Below are positions 1 to 10,000 of a stretch of 64,000 nt of DNA, in pieces. Location of the stretch: NCBI GenBank assembly GCA_965248435.1, contig OZ252100.1, positions 3,264,001-3,328,000 of the forward strand, in the 5' to 3' direction. Within the stretch, counting starts at the first letter, position 1; every line of letters starts with the position of its first letter. The position numbers were made by a program, and so were the translations under genes. The DNA is from Candidatus Latescibacterota bacterium. Lineage in GTDB: Bacteria; Latescibacterota; UBA2968; GCA-2709665. Below the pieces are notes generated by a model. That model ran no database searches and had not been told where the DNA came from. It was given only the letters and a program-made list of their open reading frames with translations.

Positions 1-93
1 AGCTCTGGAATGACGCTCGTGATGATTTGGGAGAAAACGGGACGCCTGAGTTCTTCAGATGGATGGAGGGTGATCCGCGCTGCGCATAAGAGC

Positions 94-117
94 CGTGGAT
101 CGTGGATCGTCGATCGT
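94..117. repeat. CGT(G/C)G(A/T)T heptamer tandem array
   Basis: CGTGGAT-CGTGGAT-CGTCGAT-CGT; the same unit recurs at 1190-1219 and 39692-39744. Confidence 0.8.
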
Positions 118-138
118 AACAGGCAGATCGCTAATAGA

Positions 139-163
139 TAGGGGCACGGTAACCGTGCCCCTA
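139..163. repeat. REP-like palindrome (GTAG-family-like), possible terminator for kdgK-like gene
   Basis: TAGGGGCACGGT-A-ACCGTGCCCCTA, perfect 12-bp inverted repeat. Confidence 0.65.
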
Positions 164-204
164 AAGTTTTTTGACCGGAACTGGAAGAACGATCCGATAG
201 AAGT

Positions 205-1181
205 TCACCGACTGATTTCGTTCGGATTCGGATCGGTTTTGCCTCTCTCGATCAATGCCTCGACATCTGATTTTGTAATCAATGGAAAGTTTTCATCTGG
301 CGTGGACAACTTGAGCGCGGCCGCGGCCGATCCATACTTGAGGCCTGCTTCCGTATCCCCACTGAGAAAACCGTAGAGGAACCCTGCATTGAAGGCATCG
401 CCAACACCGAAGCGATTCAGGACGACGGCCTGATAAGGCTCCGACCTGTAGATCCGGTCGGCAAGGACGCAGGCCCCTCGCTCACCCAGGCTCAAGACGA
501 TTACTCTAGCATCGAATTTCTCTCGGAGCTTTCCTACCACCTGATCGTGCTCTCCACGGAGTGAAAAGATCGACCTCGCCTCTTGATCACTCACGAACAG
601 TACGTCGGATCCGTGCAAAAGGGGACCGAGGGTCTCAGCCGCTTTCTGCGGTGTCCACATAGTCGATCGAAAGTTCACGTCGAAGGAGATCGTGAGGCCT
701 CCCTCCCTCGCCTCGTCCAGTGACCTCTTCATTGTCTTCAGACAGGCTCCCCCGATTGCCGCGGTTATGCCGGTGAGATGGAGATGAGTAGCGCTCCTTA
801 CAAACTGCCAGTCGACTTCCTCGGGGCGAGGGTGGTCGCCGAAGAATGGGTTCGGTCGTAGATCACTCGATTCGGTCGGGGCGGCGAGCCGGTCTCCGCG
901 TAGATGATTCCAACCCGCCCCTCACTGTCCCAAACGATTCCGGTGGTGTCGACGCCCATCCCCCGTATGGTGTTGACCATTCCCTTCGCGAGGGGGTTGT
1001 CGGGTAGTTTGCTGATCCATGCCGCGGGAATCCCAAGTCGGGCGAGTCCTACGGCGACGTTGACCTCGGACCCTCCGACGCGGAGATCGAGCCGCCTCGC
1101 CCTTTCGAGCGCTCCCTGGTGCTCAGGGGTCAGAAAGAGCATGGCTTCACCGATGGTCACGACACGGGGTGACTGGCTCAT
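205..1181 (-). pseudogene. kdgK: PfkB-family sugar kinase (2-keto-3-deoxygluconate kinase-like), split by a 1-bp frameshift
   Basis: N-half from ATG 1181 (VVTIGEAM, GGSEVNVAVGLARLG, VIYDR). C-half is in another frame (LHLTGIT, SFDVNFR, GVGDAFNAGFLYG). Adding one base to the G4 run at 823-826 joins the halves; may be a sequencing error. Confidence 0.8.
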
Positions 1182-1189
1182 CTGACACC

Positions 1190-1445
1190 CGTGGATCGTC
1201 GTTCGTCGTTCGTGGATCGCAAAGCAAACCTCACCGCAGAGACGCGGAGGCCGCGGAGAAAATCGAATAATGAATGTCGAACCGCAGAACGTAGAATCGT
1301 GAAGGAAGAGGGATTTTCGCGCATATCTCAGTAACCCGATCGTGGACCATTGTCTTGAGAAGCCACCCAGTTTTTGATCAGGCATTCCTTATAGCGAAAT
1401 AGCGAGGTTTCGTTCGATATTCGGCGTTCATCATTCGATATTCTC
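1190..1445. repeat. Composite intergenic micro-repeat cluster
   Basis: CGTGGAT/CGTCGTT x4 (1190-1219); CGCAGAG/CGCGGAG 9-bp-period repeat (~1232-1260); GAA-N4 heptamer array (~1262-1303) with an inverted TTC-type partner (~1409-1444). Confidence 0.65.
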
Positions 1446-1495
1446 CTTTATGTTTAGAGATCCGAAGGTCAATGGAGAGTTTAACCGGATCAAGC

Positions 1496-2068
1496 TTAGT
1501 CGCTGAAGGTGTAGGTCTTCGTCTCGGTGAAGACCCTGTCGAGGCGCTGGTCTTGAGGCCCTGAAGGAACCTCGTCGAGGCGCTGGAAGTCATACGCGAG
1601 GCCTACTTTCAGGGCGGAGGTGCCAGCCAAAAAGCGGTCGTAGTAGCCGCCGCCGAATCCGATGCGATACCCCCTTCGGTCGAAGGCGACCACTGGAACG
1701 ACGATCAGGTCGAACGCCTCGGGCAGGACGTGCGCCCCTGCCCCTTCAGGCGGTTCGAGGAGGCCCAGGGGGTTCGGCTCCAGGTTCTCGAGGCTATCGA
1801 TTTCTCGATGGATCATCTCGCCTCGCTCCGAGGTCAATACAGGCACGGCGACACGCTTGCCAGCTTCGATGGCGAAGCGAATCAGCGTGTGCGTATTCAC
1901 TTCATTTCTCACAGAGACATAACAGCTAAAGCAGGTCGCCCGCTGGTAGAAATCGGTTTCCGTAAGCCGGCGAGTCACAGCCTCCCCTGCCTGGCGAACT
2001 TCACCGTCCCCTAGCTGCTCGCGCATTTCGAGCAGGCGACTGCGGATATCACTTTTCTTTGGTTTCAA
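1496..2068 (-). CDS. ygfA: 5-formyltetrahydrofolate cyclo-ligase
   Basis: DLIVVPVVAFDRRGYRIGFGGGYYDRFL signature; start TTG 2068 or GTG 2080, both downstream of the predicted promoter. Confidence 0.93.
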   Translation of the reverse strand: MKPKKSDIRSRLLEMREQLGDGEVRQAGEAVTRRLTETDFYQRATCFSCYVSVRNEVNTHTLIRFAIEAGKRVAVPVLTSERGEMIHREIDSLENLEPNPLGLLEPPEGAGAHVLPEAFDLIVVPVVAFDRRGYRIGFGGGYYDRFLAGTSALKVGLAYDFQRLDEVPSGPQDQRLDRVFTETKTYTFSD

Positions 2069-2102
2069 CCTGGCTTCCACCTGTTTCAGGAATCGAGGCC
2101 GA

Positions 2103-2131
2103 ATAATAGGTCTGCACCTCCGGAATGTCAA
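2103..2131 (-). promoter_or_regulatory. sigma70-type promoter for ygfA
   Basis: TTGACA-17-TATTAT on the minus strand. Confidence 0.65.
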
Positions 2132-2161
2132 GGCAGGCAGGAGAATCGGCACAAAGTTCAC

Positions 2162-2190
2162 TTGACTTTGGGAAAGTCGATATCTAAATT
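2162..2190 (+). promoter_or_regulatory. sigma70-type promoter for uppS operon
   Basis: TTGACT-17-TAAATT. Confidence 0.55.
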
Positions 2191-2250
2191 TATAAGCTAC
2201 AAGATCTTAAAAGTGGAAAGACGTGCTTGTCGCAAACCCGGAAATGAAAA

Positions 2251-3069
2251 ATGGACCACCAAGACGCTGAAATCCAGGCGGGGTTGAAGGCGAAGGGCAA
2301 GTTGCCCGGGCATGTGGCCATCATTATGGACGGGAATGGGCGCTGGGCTCAGGGGCAAGGGCTGCGCAGAAGCGAGGGGCATCGAACGGCACGGGATGTG
2401 GTTCGGGACATCGTACGGGCCTGTGGTGAGCTCGAGATCGACATTCTGACGCTCTTCACTTTCGGAACGGACAATTGGAGACGGCCGTGGGCGGAGGTGC
2501 TGTCTTTGATGAAGCTCCTGCGAGATGCCAGTGTCGAGGAACTCGAAGAACTTCAGAAGAACAACGTCAGGCTGATCGCGACGGGAGATACGGATCGGCT
2601 GGCCAAGCAGGCCAAGAGGGCGGTGCTGTATGCAATCAAAGAAACTGCTGAGAATACAGGCCTCAGGCTGAACCTGGCCCTAAGTTATGATGGTCGGAGC
2701 GAGATCGTTGATGCTGTAAAGCGAATTGCTGAGGAGGTTGAACGGGGTGCGCTCAGGTGCAACCAGATCAACGAAACGACGTTTGCATCCTCTCTGTATA
2801 CGGCAGATCTGCCGGACCCCGACCTGCTGATTCGGACGAGTGGAGAGATGAGACTGAGCAATTTTATGCTGTGGCAATGCGCCTATACCGAACTCTGGTT
2901 CACGCCGGTGCTTTGGCCCGATTTCCGCCGCGAGCATCTTTACGAGGCTGTCCGTGTTTACCAATCCCGCGAGCGACGATTCGGGCGAACGAGCGCTCAG
3001 GTCCATTCAGGTGAGTCAGGCGAGGGAGGCAATGGACATTTAGAGCGCGCTGACCTCTCCACGGCCTGA
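2251..3069 (+). CDS. uppS: undecaprenyl diphosphate synthase
   Basis: HVAIIMDGNGRWA, PDPDLLIRTSGEMRLSNFMLWQ, RERRFG. Confidence 0.97.
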   Translation: MDHQDAEIQAGLKAKGKLPGHVAIIMDGNGRWAQGQGLRRSEGHRTARDVVRDIVRACGELEIDILTLFTFGTDNWRRPWAEVLSLMKLLRDASVEELEELQKNNVRLIATGDTDRLAKQAKRAVLYAIKETAENTGLRLNLALSYDGRSEIVDAVKRIAEEVERGALRCNQINETTFASSLYTADLPDPDLLIRTSGEMRLSNFMLWQCAYTELWFTPVLWPDFRREHLYEAVRVYQSRERRFGRTSAQVHSGESGEGGNGHLERADLSTA

Positions 3070-3139
3070 AATGGTTGCGATCGTGCTGAAACTTCGACTA
3101 CCCTTGTCGCGCTTCCTAGTCATGCGGTGAGGAGAAGGT

Positions 3140-3976
3140 TTGGCGAAGCCATCCGAGCTGAGCCTGCGTGTATTCGCGGCAGCAGTTTTTGGTCCAATCC
3201 TGTTGGCTTTGTTCTGGTTTGGCGGGATTCCTCTGATTGTCGGTCTCTGCCTGATGCTGGGAGGAGGGACCTGGGAGTTTTACAGGATAGAAAAGCAGAA
3301 GGGGCTGCGTCCCTGGACCTGGTTGGGGATTGCGGCCTCTTTGATTTGGTGCCTTGCGATCCTTCGATACCAGTCAGGAACGCTTTTCGTAGTCCTGGGT
3401 ATGCTCTTCGTCGTTTGCTTCGCTCCGATTCTCGTCAAGAGACTTGAAACGTTTCGTGTTCGTCACGCATTTTCCACCCTGAAGGGTTTTCTTTACGTCG
3501 GATTCTTGGGCAGTTTTGCGTACCTGGTGCGGAACTTCCCCGAGTTTGAGGGGTCTGAGTTTGGAGCTGCCCTGCTATCGATTACGATCCTGGCGGGAAT
3601 ATGGGCCACTGACATCGCTGCCTACTTCCTGGGTCGCTGGTTTGGAAAGCACAGGCCTTTTCCAACGATCAGTCCTGGCAAGACGGAGGCAGGATTCGTC
3701 GGCGGATTCCTTGCCGGTGCGGCCGTCGTTATGGCGGGTTCCCTGGTTTTTGATGTGATCCCATTCGGGGTGTCGTTCGGGCTTGCTGCCGTCGTGGGGT
3801 TCGGGTCGCAGGTCGGGGACCTCTTCGAGTCGATGATTAAACGCGAGGCTGGAATAAAGGATAGCTCGAGGCTCATTCCCGGACACGGCGGCATCCTTGA
3901 CCGATTCGACGGGTTCCTGTTCGTTTTTCCGCTCGCCTATCTCTATCTGTCTCTTTTGCCCAAGCTAACTCCATAA
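3140..3976 (+). CDS. cdsA: phosphatidate cytidylyltransferase
   Basis: ISPGKTEAG, GDLFESMIKREAGIKDS, IPGHGGILDRFD; multiple TM segments. Confidence 0.96.
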   Translation: MAKPSELSLRVFAAAVFGPILLALFWFGGIPLIVGLCLMLGGGTWEFYRIEKQKGLRPWTWLGIAASLIWCLAILRYQSGTLFVVLGMLFVVCFAPILVKRLETFRVRHAFSTLKGFLYVGFLGSFAYLVRNFPEFEGSEFGAALLSITILAGIWATDIAAYFLGRWFGKHRPFPTISPGKTEAGFVGGFLAGAAVVMAGSLVFDVIPFGVSFGLAAVVGFGSQVGDLFESMIKREAGIKDSSRLIPGHGGILDRFDGFLFVFPLAYLYLSLLPKLTP

Positions 3977-4017
3977 AGAGTAGAATTCAGCCTCTCGGAT
4001 TCTGGTGATCGGGACCC

Positions 4018-5172
4018 ATGGCGATTCAGGTTGCCCTCCTCGGCTCCACGGGGTCGATCGGAAGGAACACACTGGACGTCCTCGAAGGATTGAGGGACAG
4101 GTTCCAGGTATTCGGCCTCAGTGCCAACACGAGTGTGGATCTGCTCTACGAACAGGCTGCGCGTTTCGGGCCGAAGCAGGTCTGTCTGGGCGAGTACTCC
4201 GAGGAGGACGCTTCTCGATTCCGTTCGCTCGGCGCAGAAGTTCTCTGCGGACCCGAAGGGCTTCTGGAGCTGGCGACGCACTCAGAGGCGGATCTCGTCG
4301 TGAACGGCCTCGTGGCTGGTGTGGGGTTGAGGCCAACGCTGGCTGCTATCGAAGCTCGGAAAGATGTGGCCATCGCGAACAAAGAGACGCTGGTTGTGGC
4401 CGGCCAATTTGTGACTGACCTGGCGGCTCGACAAGGGGTCAAGCTGATCCCGCTCGACAGCGAACTGACGCCGCTTTGGCAGACGCTGACGGAATCGGGG
4501 AACGACGATGTGAGGCGGATCCTGCTCTCCGCTTCAGGGGGTCCCTTCTTTGGGCTCACCGCCGAGGAGATGGCGCGCGTGACCCCGAAAGAGGCGCTGC
4601 GGCACCCGACCTGGAAGATGGGTCCCAAGATCACGATCGACTCGGCCACGCTGATGAACAAGGGCTTCGAAGTCATCGAAGCCCACTGGCTTCTTGGACT
4701 CGCAATCGATCGAATCGACGTCGTGATTCACCGGCAGTCGATCGTGCATTGTCTCATCGAGTTTGTGGACGGCGGACTTACGGCACATCTCAGCACTCCC
4801 GACATGCGGCTGCCGATCCAACAGGCGCTGACGCATCCAGAACGGATGCCGACCCGCGTCTCCCCCCTCGACCTGGAAGAGGTAGGAGAGCTGAGCTTCT
4901 TCCGACCTGACCTTGAACGTTTTCCGTGCCTAGCACTGGCCTACGAGGCGGGCAGGGCTGGCGGCACGGCGCCGGCGGTGCTTAACGCCGCGAACGAAGT
5001 CGGCGTTTACGCGTTTCTGGATGGGCGTATCGGATTCCTGGACGTTGCAAGGGTGGTCCGACGGACTCTGGATGCCCACCCGATCGAATCGGGTGAAGCC
5101 TTGGAAGCACTTTTCGAGGCGGGCCGATGGGGCAGAGAGAAGGCGGAGGCGTTCGTTTCGAAACTAGGGTGA
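4018..5172 (+). CDS. dxr: 1-deoxy-D-xylulose-5-phosphate reductoisomerase
   Basis: LLGSTGSIG, ANKETLV, ASGGPF, HPTWKMGPKITIDSATLMNKG. Confidence 0.97.
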   Translation: MAIQVALLGSTGSIGRNTLDVLEGLRDRFQVFGLSANTSVDLLYEQAARFGPKQVCLGEYSEEDASRFRSLGAEVLCGPEGLLELATHSEADLVVNGLVAGVGLRPTLAAIEARKDVAIANKETLVVAGQFVTDLAARQGVKLIPLDSELTPLWQTLTESGNDDVRRILLSASGGPFFGLTAEEMARVTPKEALRHPTWKMGPKITIDSATLMNKGFEVIEAHWLLGLAIDRIDVVIHRQSIVHCLIEFVDGGLTAHLSTPDMRLPIQQALTHPERMPTRVSPLDLEEVGELSFFRPDLERFPCLALAYEAGRAGGTAPAVLNAANEVGVYAFLDGRIGFLDVARVVRRTLDAHPIESGEALEALFEAGRWGREKAEAFVSKLG

Positions 5173-5227
5173 TGGTCGCGCGTTGAAGAGCATGATAACG
5201 TTTGTCCTCAGATAGGAATTACAACCT

Positions 5228-6526
5228 GTGATTACTTTCCTTTCGTTTGTTTTTGTCCTGGGTGTGCTGGTTTTCGTTCACGAATTGGGCCACTTCCTCG
5301 TTGCCAAGCGGGCCGGTATTCGGGTGGAGCGGTTTTCACTTGGGTTTCCGCCGAAGGCGTTCGGGGTCACGGTGGGTGAAACGGAGTACTGTATTTCGTG
5401 GCTGCCAATCGGCGGCTACGTGAAGGTCGCGGGGATGGCCGATTTTGGAAACGAAGAACCCGAGGGCAAGCCGTGGGAATTTCAGTCGAAGCCGATCTGG
5501 GTAAAGATGGCCGTGATGGCGGCGGGCCCCTTCATGAATTTCTTACTCGGGTTTCTTATCATCCTGGGGATTCGCCTCGGGGCGGGTGAATACGCCTTTT
5601 TGACCTCGACTCAGATCGGGAGGCTGAATGCCGAGTCTCCATTGAAGGCAGCCGGGGTGGAACCGGGTGACCGAGTCGTATCGGTTTTGGGAAAGGCCGT
5701 TGAGGACTGGACGGAGCTGATCAGCGCGCTCTCGAGCGTCAAGGGTCAATTGATCCCTCTGGAGGTCCTGCGTGAGGGAAGCGCAATTGCTTTAAATGTG
5801 AGGATTGAACCGACGGCGAAGTCATTCGGTATCGATCCATATGTCCCGTCGACTGTGGGATCGGTCCTTCCCGGGCGTCCAGCCGAAGCGGCCGGGCTCC
5901 TCACGGGCGATCGAATCGTTTCGGTGGACGGCCTTCTGGTGCCCCAGTGGTGGGACATGAGTCGAGAGATCTCTGCCCGACCTGAAAAGGAGATCGAAAT
6001 TCGCTGGCTTCGAGACGGTGTGGAGTACTTGGCTCGAGTCACTCCTCGTGGGGAAGAGGTACAGGGAAAGACGGTCGGGAGGATCGGCATCGGGATGTCG
6101 ATGGCGCGCACGCCTGTCGGGTTTGGCAAGGCGGTTCTCAGGAGTGGCGGGGAGATGCTGAAGTTTGCGACAGCCATTTTCGTGTTTATTAAACGGCTCA
6201 TATCTGGGGAAGAGTCAGGGCGCGCGCTTGCAGGGCCGGTGATGATTGCTCAGATGGCAGGCGAAAGCGCACGTCAGGGGTGGGAAGCCCTCCTCTCATT
6301 CATGGCCCTTCTGAGTTTGAACCTGGCCGTTCTCAACCTGCTTCCGATCCCGATGCTGGACGGTGGCCACTTGGTGATCCTGGCCATCGAAGGGGTGATT
6401 CGGCGTCCACTTTCGGCGAGACACAAGGAAGTTTTACAACAGGTGGGGTTCGCCTTCCTGCTCTTCGTGATGATCTACGTAACCTTCGGGGACATTACGA
6501 GGCTTTTTGGTTGGTTCAGTCAATGA
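5228..6526 (+). CDS. rseP: RIP metalloprotease RseP with two PDZ domains
   Basis: HELGH and NLLPIPMLDGG; conserved uppS-cdsA-dxr-rseP order. Confidence 0.96.
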   Translation: MITFLSFVFVLGVLVFVHELGHFLVAKRAGIRVERFSLGFPPKAFGVTVGETEYCISWLPIGGYVKVAGMADFGNEEPEGKPWEFQSKPIWVKMAVMAAGPFMNFLLGFLIILGIRLGAGEYAFLTSTQIGRLNAESPLKAAGVEPGDRVVSVLGKAVEDWTELISALSSVKGQLIPLEVLREGSAIALNVRIEPTAKSFGIDPYVPSTVGSVLPGRPAEAAGLLTGDRIVSVDGLLVPQWWDMSREISARPEKEIEIRWLRDGVEYLARVTPRGEEVQGKTVGRIGIGMSMARTPVGFGKAVLRSGGEMLKFATAIFVFIKRLISGEESGRALAGPVMIAQMAGESARQGWEALLSFMALLSLNLAVLNLLPIPMLDGGHLVILAIEGVIRRPLSARHKEVLQQVGFAFLLFVMIYVTFGDITRLFGWFSQ

Positions 6527-6870
6527 GTCGACGTACTGTCTGCTGATCCTCGCGCTTTCTTTTCACTCTCCGCCCGCAATTTCCCTTCCAGATCTTTCAG
6601 GATTTCCTCCCAGCCTTCCTGTCCTTCTATCGCGAATTCCAGGATATCTCGAGTCACTCCGAAGCGCTTGTATAACTTCTCCCTCTCGGCTGCCAAGCTG
6701 TCCGGGTGGCTGGCGTAGCGTTTCTGGAGCTGGACGACTTCCCAGACCAGGTTTGAAAACTGGTGGTCGGACAGGCTGTTGCCGGGTGGGGGGGGTTCGT
6801 TGCAGGCGTTCGCACCCCAGGTAAGGAGGATGAGAAAGGACGGGAGTAGGATGAAGGAATTTCGGGTCAA
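6520..6870 (-). CDS. small putative lipoprotein (hypothetical, DUF4296-like)
   Basis: hydrophobic N-terminus ending GANAC (lipobox-like), then a helical domain (REKLYKRFGVTR); start uncertain. Confidence 0.55.
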   Translation of the reverse strand: MTRNSFILLPSFLILLTWGANACNEPPPPGNSLSDHQFSNLVWEVVQLQKRYASHPDSLAAEREKLYKRFGVTRDILEFAIEGQEGWEEILKDLEGKLRAESEKKARGSADSTSTH

Positions 6871-7009
6871 GAGTCAAGAGTCCAGAGTCGAGTGCCAAGA
6901 GTAATGGGAAAAGCGGGAGTGTTAGGGTATTGGCGTAATGGAAACCCAAGGCCAAGATACTGGTTTTCCCAATACTCCACCACTCCAGTACTGCATTACT
7001 CCAGAATCG
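6866..7009 (+). repeat. GAGTCAA + GGAGTAAT/ATTACTCC hairpin element, copy 1
   Basis: 6960-7009 is identical over 50 bp to 27569-27618; the arms are reverse-complementary octamer arrays. Confidence 0.85.
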
Positions 7010-7074
7010 CCTAGCAGGTAGCGTGACGAACAACAATTGACTTAACCGGGAACATACATTCTTCTGTACGCAGA

Positions 7075-10000
7075 TCACTCCAGCCGACGATATAGTTTCA
7101 CGGCTTTGTGGTCCAGGCGGACATCGAAAGCGGTGCGCAGGTGATCCACGTAGGGGCTGCCTGCCGCGTCCTCGTCGTTGATGGTTTCTACGGTGATCTG
7201 CCGGAGTGGCTGGAATTCCCGATAGAGAAGGTGCCGGATGGAGATGAGATACTCCTGGAGGTGCTCGTCTCCCGGCGGGACTTGAAAGGTGAGCCGCTTG
7301 CCGTTTCGCTGGGATAAAACGACGAGCTCTGGACCGTGGTAGACGAGATGCGTTGTGGCGATGCGACTGGGCATCGTACCCTTGAGGGGGTCAAGTTGAA
7401 GACCGCATAGCGAGACCGGATCGGCTGCGTTAATCCAGTAGATCGCCTCCTTCGGGAGTTCGTTCTGCAACATTCGGTAGGCCGCGTGAGAGATGAACTG
7501 AGGACCGGGTATGCCATCGAAGAAGTAACCGGTGAGGACCTCTCCCGAGAGTTCCATCAGCCTAAGCGTCCTGAAGAGTGGGGACCACGACATCCGCGGT
7601 GTCTCCCTGGCGAGCAGCTCTCTGAACAGGATGCCGTATCGGTCCAGGAGCAGCCTCACGCAATCCTTCTTTCTCTCTTCGATTTCAAGCAGGTCCGTAC
7701 TGTTCTCCGTCTGATTGAGCCTATGCCAATTGCCCGAAAAGGGTGCGGAGCGCTTCCAGCTTCTGAATCCCCTGGAAGAAAGGCGTCCTTTCGCTTCGTA
7801 GGATTCAGTTGGATCCAGAACGTCGAATTTGTTCTCGATACCCCGACGCAACGTCGAAAAGGTGTCGTTGGTGACCTGGCCACTCCAGACCGCACTCCAA
7901 AGGCGTTCGGACAGGGCGGATGCGGTCGTCTTTGTCGATCTCAAGAGCGCCTGGAAGGGATAGCGTGCCGACGTATCCGGAAAGAGGTCGTCCACCTCAA
8001 GGGTGGGGGTCTCATCTTTGTCAGATTCTGGATCAAGAACCAGATCCACGTCATCGTCAAAACAGAATGCGACTCGGCGGTTTCCACACCCGACCCACAT
8101 CAAGCCGGATTCCTGCATCAGGTTTTCGAGGTTGGACGTCGAGTAGGGGCTCATCCTCGCGGGCAGGATCTCGGACTCCCAGAGTTCTGCCGCAGCCGGC
8201 AGGCAGAGGAGTTGCTGCAGGCGTTCCGACAGCGCTTCGACGGTCGGCTGCGGATTCGTGATTCCATGATACGCAGCGAAGAACAAAAAGAGGGATCCGA
8301 TGTTGAGGGGCTCGAAGGGAGGCACGGCCTCTGACCGCTTCATCCGCAACAGGACTTCGAAATTTTCACTGTCACAAATCAGGTCGTCCTCCGAACTCAG
8401 GACAAGCCTGCCGGAGACGAGTCTTTCTGAGTCGAAGAGGTCTTCCAGCGCGGGTTGGAGACGCTTCGGTTCGATTCCCAGCGTGTCGCATACGAAGTCG
8501 ATCGAGATCGGTCCATAGAACTGGATCCACTCCGAAAGCAGCGTCGTCAACAATTCATCTGTGCCTTCGGATAGGTCTGTCGCATGTGGGAGCTCGGCCG
8601 ATTCGGGCCCGAATCGACTTAAACGAATACCTTCCGCGTTCTCAAAAAAGCCCTTGAGCAGACGAGGGAACGCTTCGAGCGATACGACAAGGGGTTCCCT
8701 AGCGTCGGGGGCTTCCAGGTAGACGAGCCTCTCCTGTGCTGATTTCAAGATGAGGTCCGCGTCTTCGGCCTGGTCCCGTTTGATCTCTGCTTCCAGCTGT
8801 TCCCACTCGGAGGTGGGAATCGCGACCCGTTCTTTGACCCACTCGACGAGCTCGCGGGCCGTGCCGGGCGGGTATCCGGGAATCAGCCTTTTTCGACTCA
8901 GTTCAAAGCGCTCGACCAGTTCTTTACTGACGGTGGGACGTAGACCCGGCATGAAGACCAGATCTCTGAGCAAACTTCCCTTCAGTCTGGATGTTTTCCC
9001 CGTATCCGGACGGTCGTCTTCATACATGTATTGGTTGATCTGGCCCCAGGATAGATTCTGAGCGAAAGGGCTCGGCTGCTGGGCATGCACCTCACTCCAC
9101 GAAATGGCGCCGGATTCGAGTTCCGAGAGGAGGATCTGAAGGCTGTCCAAGTCGAATTCGTCCTGCAAACAGGTGCGCCACGCCTCGAGCAGGATCGGGA
9201 AATCTTCGTACCGCAGGACCGAATCGAGCAGCTTCTTGGATTTCAGCCGACTCAGCCAGAGCGGCATTCGCTCGTTAAATCTCCTCCGATTCATCAGCAA
9301 CGCCCTGCCCGCGGCCTCCCTGAACCTTGCCCCGAAGAACCCGGACCGCTCAAGTCGGTTCCTCAGGAGGGATTCCAGGGTAGATGGGGTCACGAGTGAA
9401 AGGATCTCTTCGCCGGTCACCTGATGCGGCAATACGAGCACGACCGAGTCGTTCTGCGCGTAGACTTCGAGCTGCAGCCCAAAGCGGCGTTCCCAGGCCG
9501 ATTCGAGTGCCATCCCGAAGGGTCGATTGACCTTCCCACCCCAGAGGGTATGGACGACGACCTGATTGCCCGGGGCGCCGCCGGGACCCGTGGGCATGGT
9601 TTCGACGACCAGGTGGTGTCTGTGTGGCAAACTGCAGCCTGTGACTTCCTTCTGTCTCTTTAGGTGTTCGGTCAGATGGTCGGCCGCTTCGTGGTCCAGA
9701 CAGTGGTCAGTCTGGAGTGACGCGATAAAGTTCGCGTCATCGAGTCGATCGTCTGCCTCTTCCAGGAACAGGGCGATGAGCTCAGAAAAATGGAAATCTC
9801 TGTCCCTGCCTTCGGTCTTCCAAAAGGGCAGGCCGGAAACTCCCGGGTTGCCGGGCGAGACGAATACGTCGTTGTGAGTAATCCGCTGGATTTTCCATTT
9901 CTGACTGCCGAATGCGAACATCTGCCCGACGGAGGCCTCCCATACGAATTCTTCGTCGAGGTCACCGATCAGCGCATTCGAGTCGTTGTGTCGGAGATGG

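Noticed and set aside
2069-2250. 6S RNA (ssrS) upstream of ygfA
   Set aside because: A good promoter sits ~25-35 nt before the ygfA start and the rest holds the divergent uppS promoter, leaving no room for a ~180-nt RNA.
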